Assembly (NCBI GenBank): GCA_963805625.1 | Contig: CAWDVE010000011.1 | Coordinates: 64,001 to 128,000 of the forward strand | DNA: 64,000 nucleotides | Source: an uncultured Candidatus Rokubacteria bacterium | Lineage (GTDB): Bacteria > Methylomirabilota > Methylomirabilia > Rokubacteriales > DASRDR01 | Reading direction: 5' to 3' | Shown: positions 30,559 to 40,263 of the stretch, piece by piece | How the letters are laid out: each line of letters begins with the position of its first letter | Numbering within the stretch: the first letter of the stretch is position 1 | Position numbers and translations under genes: made by a program | The notes under the pieces: model-generated | What the model saw: the letters and a program-made list of their open reading frames with translations, nothing else | What the model was told of the DNA's origin: nothing | Database searches by the model: none

Positions 30559-32571
30559 TCACACGCTGCCCAGGCCCGGGCGTTCGGAAGAGGCGGCTTC
30601 GTCGTGCTCGTCGGCGAAGTCGATCGCGATCCGGCGCCACTCCTCCTGGATCGCGAGGAAGGCGTCGACCATGTCGGGATCGAAGTGGATCCCCCGTCCC
30701 GCCACGATGGCCCGGACGACCTCACCGTGCGGGAGCGCCCCCTTGTACACGCGCGCGCTCGCCAGGGCATCGTAGACGTCCACGAGCGCGACCATCCGCC
30801 CGGGGATGGGGATCGCCTCCCCCCGCAGGCCCTCCGGGTATCCCGAGCCGTCCCAGTGCTCATGGTGTGAGTAGACGATCTCCTTCGCCAGTTTCAGGAG
30901 GAAATCGTCCCGCACTCCCACCCGCTCCTCCGTCCGCGCGATCACGTCGCGCCCGTAGATCGGGTGCCGCGACATCTCCTCCCGCTCGTCGTCCGAGAGG
31001 GGCCCGGGCTTCCGGAGCGTCCGGTCCGCGACTCCGACCTTGCCGATGTCGTGGATGGGCGCGAGCCGCGCGATCAGGTCGATCGTCTCCGGCGTGAGGA
31101 AGTCCCGGAACCTCGGGTGGAGCGCCAGGGCCTCACCCAGAGCTCGCGCGTAGCGGCTCGTCCGGATGAGGTGAGCGCCGGTCTCGAAGTCCCGCGTCTC
31201 CGTGAGCGAGGTGAGGGCGTGCAGCACCATCTCGCGCGCCGTCCGGAGCTGGCGGTCGCTCTGGTCGGCGCGCGCGCGCTCGGCGACGAGCCGGTGAAGC
31301 GCGGCGACGGTCAGGGCGCCGACGAGCGCGATCGCCGGGAACAGGGGCGAGACGTACCAGCCGCGAGTGCCGAGAAGCCACCCCGCTCCGAGCCAGAGGA
31401 GAAGCCCGCCGCCGAGCGCGAGGGAGAGGGTCCACCGCCACCCGAGCCCGAGAACGCTGAGGACCACCCCCACCGGGACGCCGAGGACGAGGGCCAGTTC
31501 GGCGACGGTCCCGCCCGGCGGGCGGCGGACGAAGTCCGCGCTGAGGAGATTGTCCGCCACGGTCGCGTGAACCTCGACGCCGGGAAGGAACGAGCCGAGC
31601 GGCGTGGTGACCGTGTCGCCGAACCCCAGGGCGGACACGCCCACGAACACGATCCGGCCCCCGAGCGCGCCGGCGGGCACCCGGTCCTCTAGCACATCGA
31701 CGGCCGAGAAGCGCGAAAAGCTCCCGGCCGGCCCGCGAAACCGCACGAGCACGCTCCCGTCGGCGTCGAGGAGAACCTCGCGGTCGTCGAGCCACAGAGC
31801 CGGCCACCGCCCCACTCGGTCGGCGAGCCCGAGTCGCCGCGCCACGACGCCGGTTCGGGCGGTCGCGACGGTTGCGAGCGCCAGGCTCGGGTAGACCTCG
31901 CCGCCGAACTCGACGATCTGGGGCATCCGCCGGAGGATCCCGTCCGCGTCCGGCGACGCGTTCATGAAGCCGGAGGACGCCGCCGCCGCCCCGAGCGGGG
32001 CGAGGCTGCACAGGACTCCCGCCGCTCGCGGCACCTGCGTCAGGCCGCCCCCCGTGGCGGCGCGCCCCAGCCCGATCGAGCGAAGATGGCAGGGACGGTC
32101 GACGGGCCGGTCGAACGTGAAGGCGTAGCCGATCACGAAAGGCCCGCGCCCGAGCGCCGCCGCGAGCGCCGCGTCCCGGACCGAGAGCGGGGGCGACTCG
32201 CCCGGCGCCTGCCCAACCCCGCGGGGCGCGTCGCCGCCCGAATCGGGCTCCGCGAAGAGGATGTCCAGCCCGACGGCCGCCGCCCCGAGAATGCGAACCC
32301 GTTCCACGAGACCGGCGACCCGGTCGCGAGACCACGGCCAGCGCCCGGCCTCGGCCAGGCTCCGCTCGTCCACCTCGACGAGGGCCACGCGGCCCGAGGG
32401 GGCGCGGAGCGCGGACGCGGTGAGGAGGCGGTCATACACTGCCAGGTCGGCGCGGGCGAGGAGCGCCGGACGCAGGAGGTGGAGTCCGGCGACCACGCAG
32501 CCGAGCGCCAGACATGCGGCGATGAGCGGGAGGGGCGACGGCCCGCGGCCCGCCGCAGCGCCGAGGATCAT
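30559..32571 (-). CDS. CHASE2 + HD-GYP cyclic di-GMP phosphodiesterase
   Basis: GRWPWSR, DILFAEP, DADGILRR, PGVEVHA; HDIGKVG, HHEHWDGSGYP, DVYDAL, HFDP. Confidence 0.93.
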   Translation of the reverse strand: MILGAAAGRGPSPLPLIAACLALGCVVAGLHLLRPALLARADLAVYDRLLTASALRAPSGRVALVEVDERSLAEAGRWPWSRDRVAGLVERVRILGAAAVGLDILFAEPDSGGDAPRGVGQAPGESPPLSVRDAALAAALGRGPFVIGYAFTFDRPVDRPCHLRSIGLGRAATGGGLTQVPRAAGVLCSLAPLGAAAASSGFMNASPDADGILRRMPQIVEFGGEVYPSLALATVATARTGVVARRLGLADRVGRWPALWLDDREVLLDADGSVLVRFRGPAGSFSRFSAVDVLEDRVPAGALGGRIVFVGVSALGFGDTVTTPLGSFLPGVEVHATVADNLLSADFVRRPPGGTVAELALVLGVPVGVVLSVLGLGWRWTLSLALGGGLLLWLGAGWLLGTRGWYVSPLFPAIALVGALTVAALHRLVAERARADQSDRQLRTAREMVLHALTSLTETRDFETGAHLIRTSRYARALGEALALHPRFRDFLTPETIDLIARLAPIHDIGKVGVADRTLRKPGPLSDDEREEMSRHPIYGRDVIARTEERVGVRDDFLLKLAKEIVYSHHEHWDGSGYPEGLRGEAIPIPGRMVALVDVYDALASARVYKGALPHGEVVRAIVAGRGIHFDPDMVDAFLAIQEEWRRIAIDFADEHDEAASSERPGLGSV

Positions 32572-32630
32572 GGTTCTCCATCGTACCCCAGCCAGGAACG
32601 ATTTGACCCAGGGCCCGGCGCCGCGGTACG

Positions 32631-34400
32631 GTGATCACACTCACCATGGGCGGGAACGAAACCGTCCGGCGCTGGGTGGACGACGCCGCTCGGCTGTGTC
32701 GCCCCGACGACGTCGTCTGGTGCGATGGCTCCGACGACGAGCGCGAGCGTCTCACCCAGGCGGCGGTGCGGGGCGGCGAGCTCGTGCCCCTCGACCAGCA
32801 GAAGCTGCCGGGTTGCTACCTCCACCGGAGCGCCCCGAACGACGTCGCCCGCACCGAGCACCTCACCTTCATTTGTTCCCGCGACCGGGACGACGCCGGC
32901 CCTACCAACAACTGGATGACGCCCGCGGAAGGTTACGACCGGCTGGGGAAGGTCCTCAACGGCTCCATGGCGGGGCGGACAATGTACGTCATTCCCTTCC
33001 TCATGGGCCCGCCGGGCTCGCCGTTCAGCCGGGTCGGCGTCCAGGTGACGGACAGCCGCTACGTCGTCCTCAACATGCGGATCATGACACGCATGGGACA
33101 GGTCGCCCTCGATCACCTGGGCGGCTCCGACGACTTCACGCGCGGCCTGCACTCGACGGCGGACCTGGACGTCGAGCGGCGCTTCATCTGCCACTTTCCC
33201 GACGACCGCACGATCTGGAGCGTGGGCTCCGGCTACGGCGGCAACGCCCTCCTCTCCAAGAAGTGCATGGCGCTCCGGATCGCGAGCGACGTCGGGCGGC
33301 GCGAGGGCTGGCTCGCCGAGCACATGCTGATCGTCGGGATCGAGAGCCCGGACGGCGAGATCACCTACGTCTGCGGCGCCTTCCCGAGCGCCTGCGGCAA
33401 GACGAACCTGGCGATGCTCACGCCGCCGCCGTCGATGAAGGGCTGGCGCATCCACACGATCGGCGAGGACATCGCGTGGCTCCGGCCGGGCCCGGACGGC
33501 CGGCTGTGGGCGGTCAATCCCGAGAACGGGCTCTTCGGGGTGGTGCCCGGCACCAACTCTCACACCAACGGCAACGCCACCGCGATGATCGAGCGCGACA
33601 CCATCTACACGAACGTCGCGCTCCGCCCCGACAACACGGTGTGGTGGGAGGGGCACGACGACCCGGCGCCCGCGTCGGCGATCGACTGGCGCGGCCGCCC
33701 CTGGACGCCCCGGAGCGGCGAGCCCGCGGCCCACCCGAACAGCCGCTTCACGGTGCCGGCCACGCGCTGCCCGACGATCTCGCCGGCGTGGCAGGCGCCG
33801 GGAGGCGTGCCAATCAGCGCCATCCTCTTCGGCGCACGCCGGCGGGCTCTCATCCCGCTCGTGTTCCAGGCCTTCAACTGGCAGCACGGCACGTTCCTCG
33901 GAGCGACGCTGGCCTCCGAGACCACGGCGGCGGCCACCGGCGCGGTCGGCGTCGTGCGCCGCGACCCAATGGCGATGCTCCCCTTCTGCGGCTACAACAT
34001 GGCCGACTACTGGGGGCACTGGCTCGAAATGGGCAAGCGCCTGCCTCACCCGCCGAAGGTGTTCCGCATCAACTGGTTCCGGCGGGACGCCGAGGGGCGG
34101 TTCCTCTGGCCGGGCTACGGCGAGAACCTGCGCGTCCTCGAGTGGATCATCGAGCGCTGCCGGGACCACGGCAAGGCGGAGGAGACGCCGATCGGCTACC
34201 GCCCCCCGTCCGGTGCCATCCCCACGCACGGCCTGAACATGGCGCCCGGCACCATGCAGGAGCTCCTCCACGTCGACCGCGAGGCCTGGCAGACGAACCA
34301 CCGGAGCCAGGCGGAGTTCTTCCAGAAGTTCGGCGACCGGCTCCCGGGCGGAATCCGCGCGGAGTGGGAAGCGCTCGGCAGCCGCCTCCGGGTCCGCTGA
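32631..34400 (+). CDS. pckG: Phosphoenolpyruvate carboxykinase (GTP)
   Basis: DVART, SGYGGNALLSKKC, EGWLAEHM, AFPSACGKTN, NPENG, HPNSRF, RDPMAMLPFCGYN; start may be 32646. Confidence 0.97.
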   Translation: MITLTMGGNETVRRWVDDAARLCRPDDVVWCDGSDDERERLTQAAVRGGELVPLDQQKLPGCYLHRSAPNDVARTEHLTFICSRDRDDAGPTNNWMTPAEGYDRLGKVLNGSMAGRTMYVIPFLMGPPGSPFSRVGVQVTDSRYVVLNMRIMTRMGQVALDHLGGSDDFTRGLHSTADLDVERRFICHFPDDRTIWSVGSGYGGNALLSKKCMALRIASDVGRREGWLAEHMLIVGIESPDGEITYVCGAFPSACGKTNLAMLTPPPSMKGWRIHTIGEDIAWLRPGPDGRLWAVNPENGLFGVVPGTNSHTNGNATAMIERDTIYTNVALRPDNTVWWEGHDDPAPASAIDWRGRPWTPRSGEPAAHPNSRFTVPATRCPTISPAWQAPGGVPISAILFGARRRALIPLVFQAFNWQHGTFLGATLASETTAAATGAVGVVRRDPMAMLPFCGYNMADYWGHWLEMGKRLPHPPKVFRINWFRRDAEGRFLWPGYGENLRVLEWIIERCRDHGKAEETPIGYRPPSGAIPTHGLNMAPGTMQELLHVDREAWQTNHRSQAEFFQKFGDRLPGGIRAEWEALGSRLRVR

Positions 34401-34474
34401 GTCCCCCCGACCCCGAACGCCCCGGGTCTACCGTCGCGTGCGCTGGCTGACCGGCCCTCGCGCCAACTCGCCGA

Positions 34475-35317
34475 TCACTCCAGCCGATAGCGTTTGCTGC
34501 GGACGAAGGCCCCGAAATCCGCGCGCTGCGGCTCGCTGTACTGCCGCGCCTTGTCCTCGGTCCAGCCGTAGCGCGCGGCGGTGCCGAAACGCTCGACCAG
34601 GCGTTGCCGCCGGTACGGGCGCTCGCGGATCCGCCGCTCGTCGTATCTATCCAGCTCCCGGTCGACCCGGGCCGTGTCGTAGCGGCCGTGGTGCACGGTC
34701 GCGCTCAGCGCAAGCCGAGGGCTGAACGGCTCGCTCGTCTCGGGCCACCCCAGGGTCAGGCCGGCGATCGGGAAAACCCAGTCCGGCAGCCCGAATCGCT
34801 CGGCAATCGCCGCCGCGTGATTGCGGATCTCGCTGATGGGACAGCTCCCGAGGCCCGCGAGCCCTGCCGCCTGGACAAACGTCGAGAGCACGATCGCGCC
34901 GTCGACCGCAGCGTTGAAGAAGGCATCGAGGTGCTCGTTCGGGAACACGCGGCCGCGTCGCTCGAACACGCGCCGGAGACGGAAGCCGTCCCCGCAGAAG
35001 ACCAGGAACTCGGGCGCGCCGGCGATCCACGGCGAGTCTGGCAAGAGTGCGTGGATCGCCGCCCGGTCCTCGCCCGACTCGACCCGGACGATGCTCGCCT
35101 GCTGCAGGTCGCTCTTGGTCGGCGACGCGAGCGCCGTCGCGCACAGGAGGCGTAGCAGCGCTGCCGGGATCGGGTCGGCACGATAGCTCCGGCAGACCGA
35201 GCGCTCGTTCATGGCGGCCAAGGCGTCGCGTCCGGGTAGGTCCTCGGCGACGTCCACCGTCTCGCCGTAACGGCGGTGGATGGCAGCGGCAATACGGGTG
35301 GAGGCCGTGGTCTTCAT
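34475..35317 (-). CDS. Nitroreductase (NfsA/Frp-type)
   Basis: R..CRSY, SPTKSDLQQ, FFNAAVD, GLGSCPIS, SPRL. Confidence 0.9.
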   Translation of the reverse strand: MKTTASTRIAAAIHRRYGETVDVAEDLPGRDALAAMNERSVCRSYRADPIPAALLRLLCATALASPTKSDLQQASIVRVESGEDRAAIHALLPDSPWIAGAPEFLVFCGDGFRLRRVFERRGRVFPNEHLDAFFNAAVDGAIVLSTFVQAAGLAGLGSCPISEIRNHAAAIAERFGLPDWVFPIAGLTLGWPETSEPFSPRLALSATVHHGRYDTARVDRELDRYDERRIRERPYRRQRLVERFGTAARYGWTEDKARQYSEPQRADFGAFVRSKRYRLE

Positions 35318-35422
35318 TGCGGGACTATAGCCGGCGCCCCGCAGGGCTGACAACGGCCCGAGCGAAGGAGCGGGACCTCCGAGATTACTCCCGCGAGGGC
35401 AGGCCCGTGCGGGGGACTCCTG

Positions 35423-35605
35423 CTAGCGCCGCGAGGCGGAATCAGTCTCGCGGGCCTGCGAATCGCCCGACGACTCCCGTCCGCCGCAGGTCTTGGGCTC
35501 CGTCCCGGAGCCCGGCGCCGGGGGGCGTCAGCCGAGTCCCCGGCGCGTCAGGAGCACGAAGACGACGGTCAGCCCCACGACCGCGAGGATCTGCTCCCAG
35601 CTCAT
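35423..35605 (-). CDS. Tiny single-TM protein; 25 aa to the UGA at 35528-35530, or 60 aa if the UGA is read as Sec
   Basis: GGAGG RBS, ATGA overlap with the upstream gene; MSWEQILAVVGLTVVFVLLTRRGLG-(UGA)-RPPAPGSGTEPKTCGG..RR*; hairpin 15 nt after the UGA. Confidence 0.6.
35495..35513 (-). promoter_or_regulatory. Candidate SECIS hairpin (alternatively a terminator stem)
   Basis: GGGCUCC-GGGAC-GGAGCCC; loop begins 22 nt after the UGA with G; no U-tract. Confidence 0.45.
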
Positions 35606-36297
35606 CGGGCTACCTCCGGCTCCGCGCCGGGATCGATCGGGGCGTCTCCCGCCGCGTTGACCGCCCGCAGCACCGCGTCGACGAACTCGGCTTCGGGCAG
35701 GGCCCCCTCGAACGAGACGCGATCGTTGACGACGGTCTTCGGCACGGCCATGACCATGTAACGCTGCGCGAGATCGGGGAACTCGGTCGCCTCCACGCAG
35801 TCGCCGCGGATCCACTCCGAGGCGACCGCGAGGTGATGCGCCAGGCGCACGGCCCGGGGGCAGTGGGGTCAGGTGGGCGTCGAGAAGACCTGAATGTGGA
35901 CGCGCTCCTTGAGGCCGGCCAGGCGCTCGAGCGTCTCGGCCCCGAGGGACGGCGTGCCCGACGAGGCGACGATCATCGAGTCGATCAGGTTCGTGAACTC
36001 ATAGCCCATCGGGATCCCGAAGAACCGGATGCCGTAGTCGCGGGCGCCCTCCACGACGATCGCGGGCACGCGGTCGATCCCGTAGGCCTCCGCCCGTTCA
36101 CGGTCGATGTGGAGGTTGAGGATCTCCACGGTGATCTGGTCCGAGCACTCCGCGACCTCGCGGACCAGCCGCTCGGTCTCGATGCAGTACTCCGACGCCC
36201 CGAGTTGAGTGGAGAACACGATCAGCTTGACCGGACCCGCAAGCTTCGCGAGCTCGGTCTGGACCGCCGCCCGGTCCGGATCCGTCAGGATCGCCAT
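35602..36297 (-). CDS. Protein-disulfide oxidoreductase (AhpF-NTD/glutaredoxin-like, two Trx folds), selenoprotein with UxxC
   Basis: ORFs 35869..36393 and 35602..35850 are in one frame, separated by TGA at 35869-35871: VFSTPT-U-PHCPRAV, where homologs have TPTCPYC; GIPMGYEF, VEATEFP, VPK. Confidence 0.9.
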
Positions 36298-36364
36298 CTT
36301 CCCTCCAGGGGGCCGTGCGTCGGCACCGCCCGCCTTGATTGTACAGGCCGGAGCCGGCCGCGCC

Positions 36365-37540
36365 TCAGGCGAGCTGCGTGAGCCCCGCGGCAATCCGTCG
36401 AAGGGCCTCGCGGATCGTGTCCCGCGACGCCGCGTAGGAGAGGCGCAGGTACCCCTCGCCGTACTCGCCGAACGCCGTCCCGCCGAGGACCGCCACGCCC
36501 GCCTGCTCGAGGAGGTGGGTGGCGATCTCCTTCGATGGACGCCCGAACGACTTCACGTTCGGGAAGACGTAGAAGGCGCCGCGGGGCCGCGCGCAGGAAA
36601 CCCCGGGGATCTGGTTCAGCCCGTCGACGACGAGGTCGCGCCGCTGCCGGAACTCCTCCACCATCGCCTGCACTGGGGTGTCGTCGCCCCGGATCGCGGC
36701 CAGGCCCGCGTGCTGGATGAAGGTCGCCGTGCAGGACACGGAGTTCGTCATGAGACGGGTGAGATGCTCGGCCAGCAGCTTCGGCATCACGCCGAACCCG
36801 AGGCGCCAGCCCGTCATCGCATAGGACTTCGAGAAGCCGTCCAGGATCACGGTCTGGGGCTTCATGCCCGGCAAGCTCGCGATCGAGGCGAACTCCCCGT
36901 CGTAGAGGAAGCGCCGGTAGATCTCGTCCGACAGCACGGGCACGCGGAAATGGCGCGCCAGCTCCGCGATGCGGCCGACGTCCTCGGGCGACAGGACGCC
37001 GCCCGTCGGGTTCTCCGGGGAGTTGATGATGATGAGCTTGGTCTTACGCGAGACGCGCCGCTCGAGCTCCCCGAGGTCGAAGCCGAAGCCGGTCTCCTCG
37101 CGGAGTGGGATCGGCACGGGCACCCCGCCCACGAAGTTGATGACCGACTCGTAGATGGGAAACCCGGGGTTCGGGTACACCACCTCGTCCCCGCGGTTCG
37201 TGAGCGCCATGATCACGAAGAACATGATCGGCTTGGCCCCCGGCGTGACGACGACCTCGTCGGGCACTACCGGCACGCCGCGCGTCTTCTCGATGTCCTC
37301 GGCGATCGCCTCGCGTAGCTCGGGCAGGCCGGCCGACGGGCCGTAGTGCGTCGCCCCCGCGTCGAGCGCCCGCTTGGCCGCCTCGCGGATGTGGGCGGGG
37401 GTGTCGAAGTCCGGCTCGCCGATCTCGAGGTGGACCACGGACTTCCCTTGGCGCTCCAGCGCGCGCGCCCGCGCTAGCACCTCGAAGGCAGTCTCCGTGC
37501 CCAGCCGTCCCATCCGCTCCGCGATCATGGATTCGATCAT
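36365..37540 (-). CDS. Class I/II PLP aminotransferase (aspartate aminotransferase-like)
   Basis: LEIGEPDF, NSPENPTG, SDEIY, GFSKSYAMTGWRLG, LRLSYA. Confidence 0.95.
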   Translation of the reverse strand: MIESMIAERMGRLGTETAFEVLARARALERQGKSVVHLEIGEPDFDTPAHIREAAKRALDAGATHYGPSAGLPELREAIAEDIEKTRGVPVVPDEVVVTPGAKPIMFFVIMALTNRGDEVVYPNPGFPIYESVINFVGGVPVPIPLREETGFGFDLGELERRVSRKTKLIIINSPENPTGGVLSPEDVGRIAELARHFRVPVLSDEIYRRFLYDGEFASIASLPGMKPQTVILDGFSKSYAMTGWRLGFGVMPKLLAEHLTRLMTNSVSCTATFIQHAGLAAIRGDDTPVQAMVEEFRQRRDLVVDGLNQIPGVSCARPRGAFYVFPNVKSFGRPSKEIATHLLEQAGVAVLGGTAFGEYGEGYLRLSYAASRDTIREALRRIAAGLTQLA

Positions 37541-37557
37541 GGCCGTCGTCCCTCCTG

Positions 37558-38250
37558 CTAGAAGACGCCGAACTTCTCGTACGCTGCGAGCGGCGCCATC
37601 CCCTTGCGGACGGCGTCGCGGACCCGATTCTCGGTGTGGAGGAGCCGCTCGCACTCGAGGAGCACCGGCACCGCCAGCGCCTGCGGCACCACGGCGACCC
37701 CGTCGAGGTCGCCCACCACAACATCGCCCGGTGCGATCCGGACACCGCCGATCGTGACCGGCCGGCCCCACTCGACGACGCGCCAGCGCGGCAACGAGTC
37801 GAGCGGCGTCCGGTAGCGGCAGAAGACCGGAAACCGCTCGCGCAGGATGTAGGCCGCGTCGCGCGTGGCCCCGTCGATCACCACGCCCCGGACCCCGCGT
37901 GCCCTCATGGCCACCGCCGACAGCTCCCCGAAGTGGGCCGACACGTCGTCGTTCGACTTGACGACCAGGACGGCATCCCGCCGCACCGCGCCGAGCAGCG
38001 TCAGGAACGCCCGGATGGCGCGCTCCGGATCCGGCTTTCGGGTTGGCCGGCCGGCGGCCGGGAAGGCCAGCCCGGCGACGCGCGTGCCGGGGGTGAGCCC
38101 GACGATGTCGTGGGGCAGCGTCTGCGCGTAGCGGCCGAGGTGGTCCAGGACGTCGGTGATCGCGGCCGTGTAGAGGCGCCCGTAGCGGTTGCAGAGCTCG
38201 GACGTCGAGATCGGCCGGGTCGGGGCCCGACGGGCGCGAGGCTTGGTCAT
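37558..38250 (-). CDS. RraA family protein
   Basis: HFGELSA, IDGATRD, PGDVVVGDLDGV. Confidence 0.9.
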   Translation of the reverse strand: MTKPRARRAPTRPISTSELCNRYGRLYTAAITDVLDHLGRYAQTLPHDIVGLTPGTRVAGLAFPAAGRPTRKPDPERAIRAFLTLLGAVRRDAVLVVKSNDDVSAHFGELSAVAMRARGVRGVVIDGATRDAAYILRERFPVFCRYRTPLDSLPRWRVVEWGRPVTIGGVRIAPGDVVVGDLDGVAVVPQALAVPVLLECERLLHTENRVRDAVRKGMAPLAAYEKFGVF

Positions 38251-38354
38251 GGCGTGAGCGTCTCCTGTGCGCGGGTGCGCGCCGCCGCTCGACGGCGACA
38301 CGAGCGTCATCTTACCCCGCGCCCGGGGGGGCCTCAAGGGAGACCCGGCCGCGG

Positions 38355-38777
38355 GCATGCGGCTGCCCGCTCGAGGAACTCGGCTGGGCCACGCATCTGC
38401 ACGGCGTGCTGAGCCGGGAGAAGCTCACCGCGGGCGGGATGACCTTCTATGACATCGACGTCGTGCGGGTCATGAAAAGGTGCTTCGGGGCCGCTTCGGC
38501 GGTGGTCCGACGGACTACCAGCTCGTCGAGGACGAGACTGCGTCCGGAGAGCCCCTCGTGCGCCTCTTGGTCCACCCGGCGGTCGGGCCCCTCGAGCCTG
38601 CCCACGTGGCGTAGACGTTCCTCACCGCGATCGGCACGGGCTCAGGAGTCAGGGCATCATGGGCTCCGAGTGGCGCGACGCCAAGCTCCTCCAGGTGGAG
38701 CGCCGCGCGCCGCTGGCAGGCCCTTCCGGGAAGGTCCTCCACCTCTACATCGCCATCGTCCCCGGCCGAGCGGCTAG
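38355..38777 (+). pseudogene. Decayed C-terminal ~135 aa of the PaaK/ANL-like family (paralog of 48759..50285)
   Basis: ACGCPLEELGWATHLHGVLSREKLTAGGMTFYDIDVVRV / GRFGGGPTDYQLVEDE..GEPLVRLLVHP..(TAG 38612) / WRDAKLLQVERRAPLAGPSGKVLHL; 2 frameshifts and 1 stop. Confidence 0.88.
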
Positions 38778-38804
38778 CCGCCCGCGCAGCCCGGGGGCGT
38801 CAGG

Positions 38805-40239
38805 TCAGAAGCGGAGGGTGGCGAGGACGATCGCTGTCGCCTGGATGTTGCTCGCGGCGTGGGCCAGCATCCCGGGCAGGAGGCTCCGCGTCCGCTCGTA
38901 GGCGACCGCCCACAGCACCCCGCTCACGAAGACCGAGGCGAAGCCGAGCGCTCCGTAGCCGTGCGCCAGGGCGAAGAGCGCGGCGCTGGCGAGGGTCGCC
39001 GGCGCGGGCCCGAGGCCGAGCCTGAGCGTCCCGTAGAGCACCCCGCGGAAAAGCGGCTCCTCCAGGAGCGGCGCGAAGACGCAGCTGTCGAGGACGTCCG
39101 CCGCCACCTCGCCCGGCGTGCCCCACACGAGCCGCTCCTGGAAGCCGTCGGTCCAGTGCGTCTCGACGCCAATGCGCGCGCCCCCGAGCTCGATCAACAC
39201 GTCGGCGAGCGTCGACACGCCCACGAGCCCGAGGGTGGCCCGCACGAGGGTCGGCCAGGACGCCCGCGAGACCTTGAGCCCGAAGGTCTTGGCGAGGGTC
39301 GCCCACGAGCGGTGGCAGTACCAGAGAAGGTATCCCCCGAGCGGGATCGTCTGGAGCACCGACACGAGCAGGGTGGACCACGCCGTCGTCGGGCAGGAAT
39401 GGCCACACCACCGCCACCCCCACCAGACCGACGGCGCCGCGCGTGAACAGGCCGACGCCCGCCGCGACGGTCCAGCGGGGCGGGATGGGCGCCGTGGCGA
39501 CCCGGGCCGCACGCTCTCCCGGGCTGGCGAGCCAGGCGGCGAGCGCCACCAGTCCCAGCGCGACGAGCAGCGTCTCGCCGGCGAGGATGGCGCGAAGACG
39601 CCAGAGCAGCCGGGTGCCCCGCGCCTCGGTGGCGCGCTCCGCCTCCGCGGCCGCCGCCGCATCGCCGAGACGCGACGCCAGCCGGGCCACGAGACGGTCG
39701 GCGAACCAGCCGGCGGGCAGCTCCCGGCGGACCGCGTCGAGTGTCGCCCGGAGCTCCTCCGGCGGCGGAAGCTCGGTCTCGTATGCCGCCCGGCCCCACG
39801 TCGCGAGCCGGCGGGCCCAGTCGTCTCCCGGCGCCCAGGCCGTCACGGCCGCCTCGAGGGCCTCCGCCTGGCCGTCCTCGGCGAGCAGGATGACCCGGTA
39901 GAGCTCGGCCAGCGGCGAGCCCTCGACCCGGACCAGCTCGTCGTACCAAGCGAGCGCGTCGGCCCGCGCCGAAGCGTCGGAGGAGAACGCGAGCGCGTGG
40001 AGCCGGCGCTCCCAGACGGGCGCGGCCCGGGCCGCGGCGCGGAAGTCCATGTCGCTCGCGACCACGCGCTCGAGCGATTGCTCCGGCCGGTCGAGCGTGT
40101 CGAGCCCGTGCGACGGCCAGAAGATGAGGGCGGCCAGGACACCCAGGACCCCGAGGGCGACGCCGGTGACCCAGCGGTTCAAGCGGGGCGGCCCGTCGCT
40201 CGGCTCGACCGGCGCTTCCCCCGCGAGCTCGGCGGACAT
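38805..40239 (-). CDS. CPBP (CAAX/Abi) intramembrane glutamic protease with extended N-terminal domain; frameshift near 39385
   Basis: APLLEEPLFRG, FALAHGY, YERTRSLLPGMLAH..N; N-terminal half in a different frame. Confidence 0.85.
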
Positions 40240-40263
40240 GGGGCGGCAGTATACCGCGGAGGG

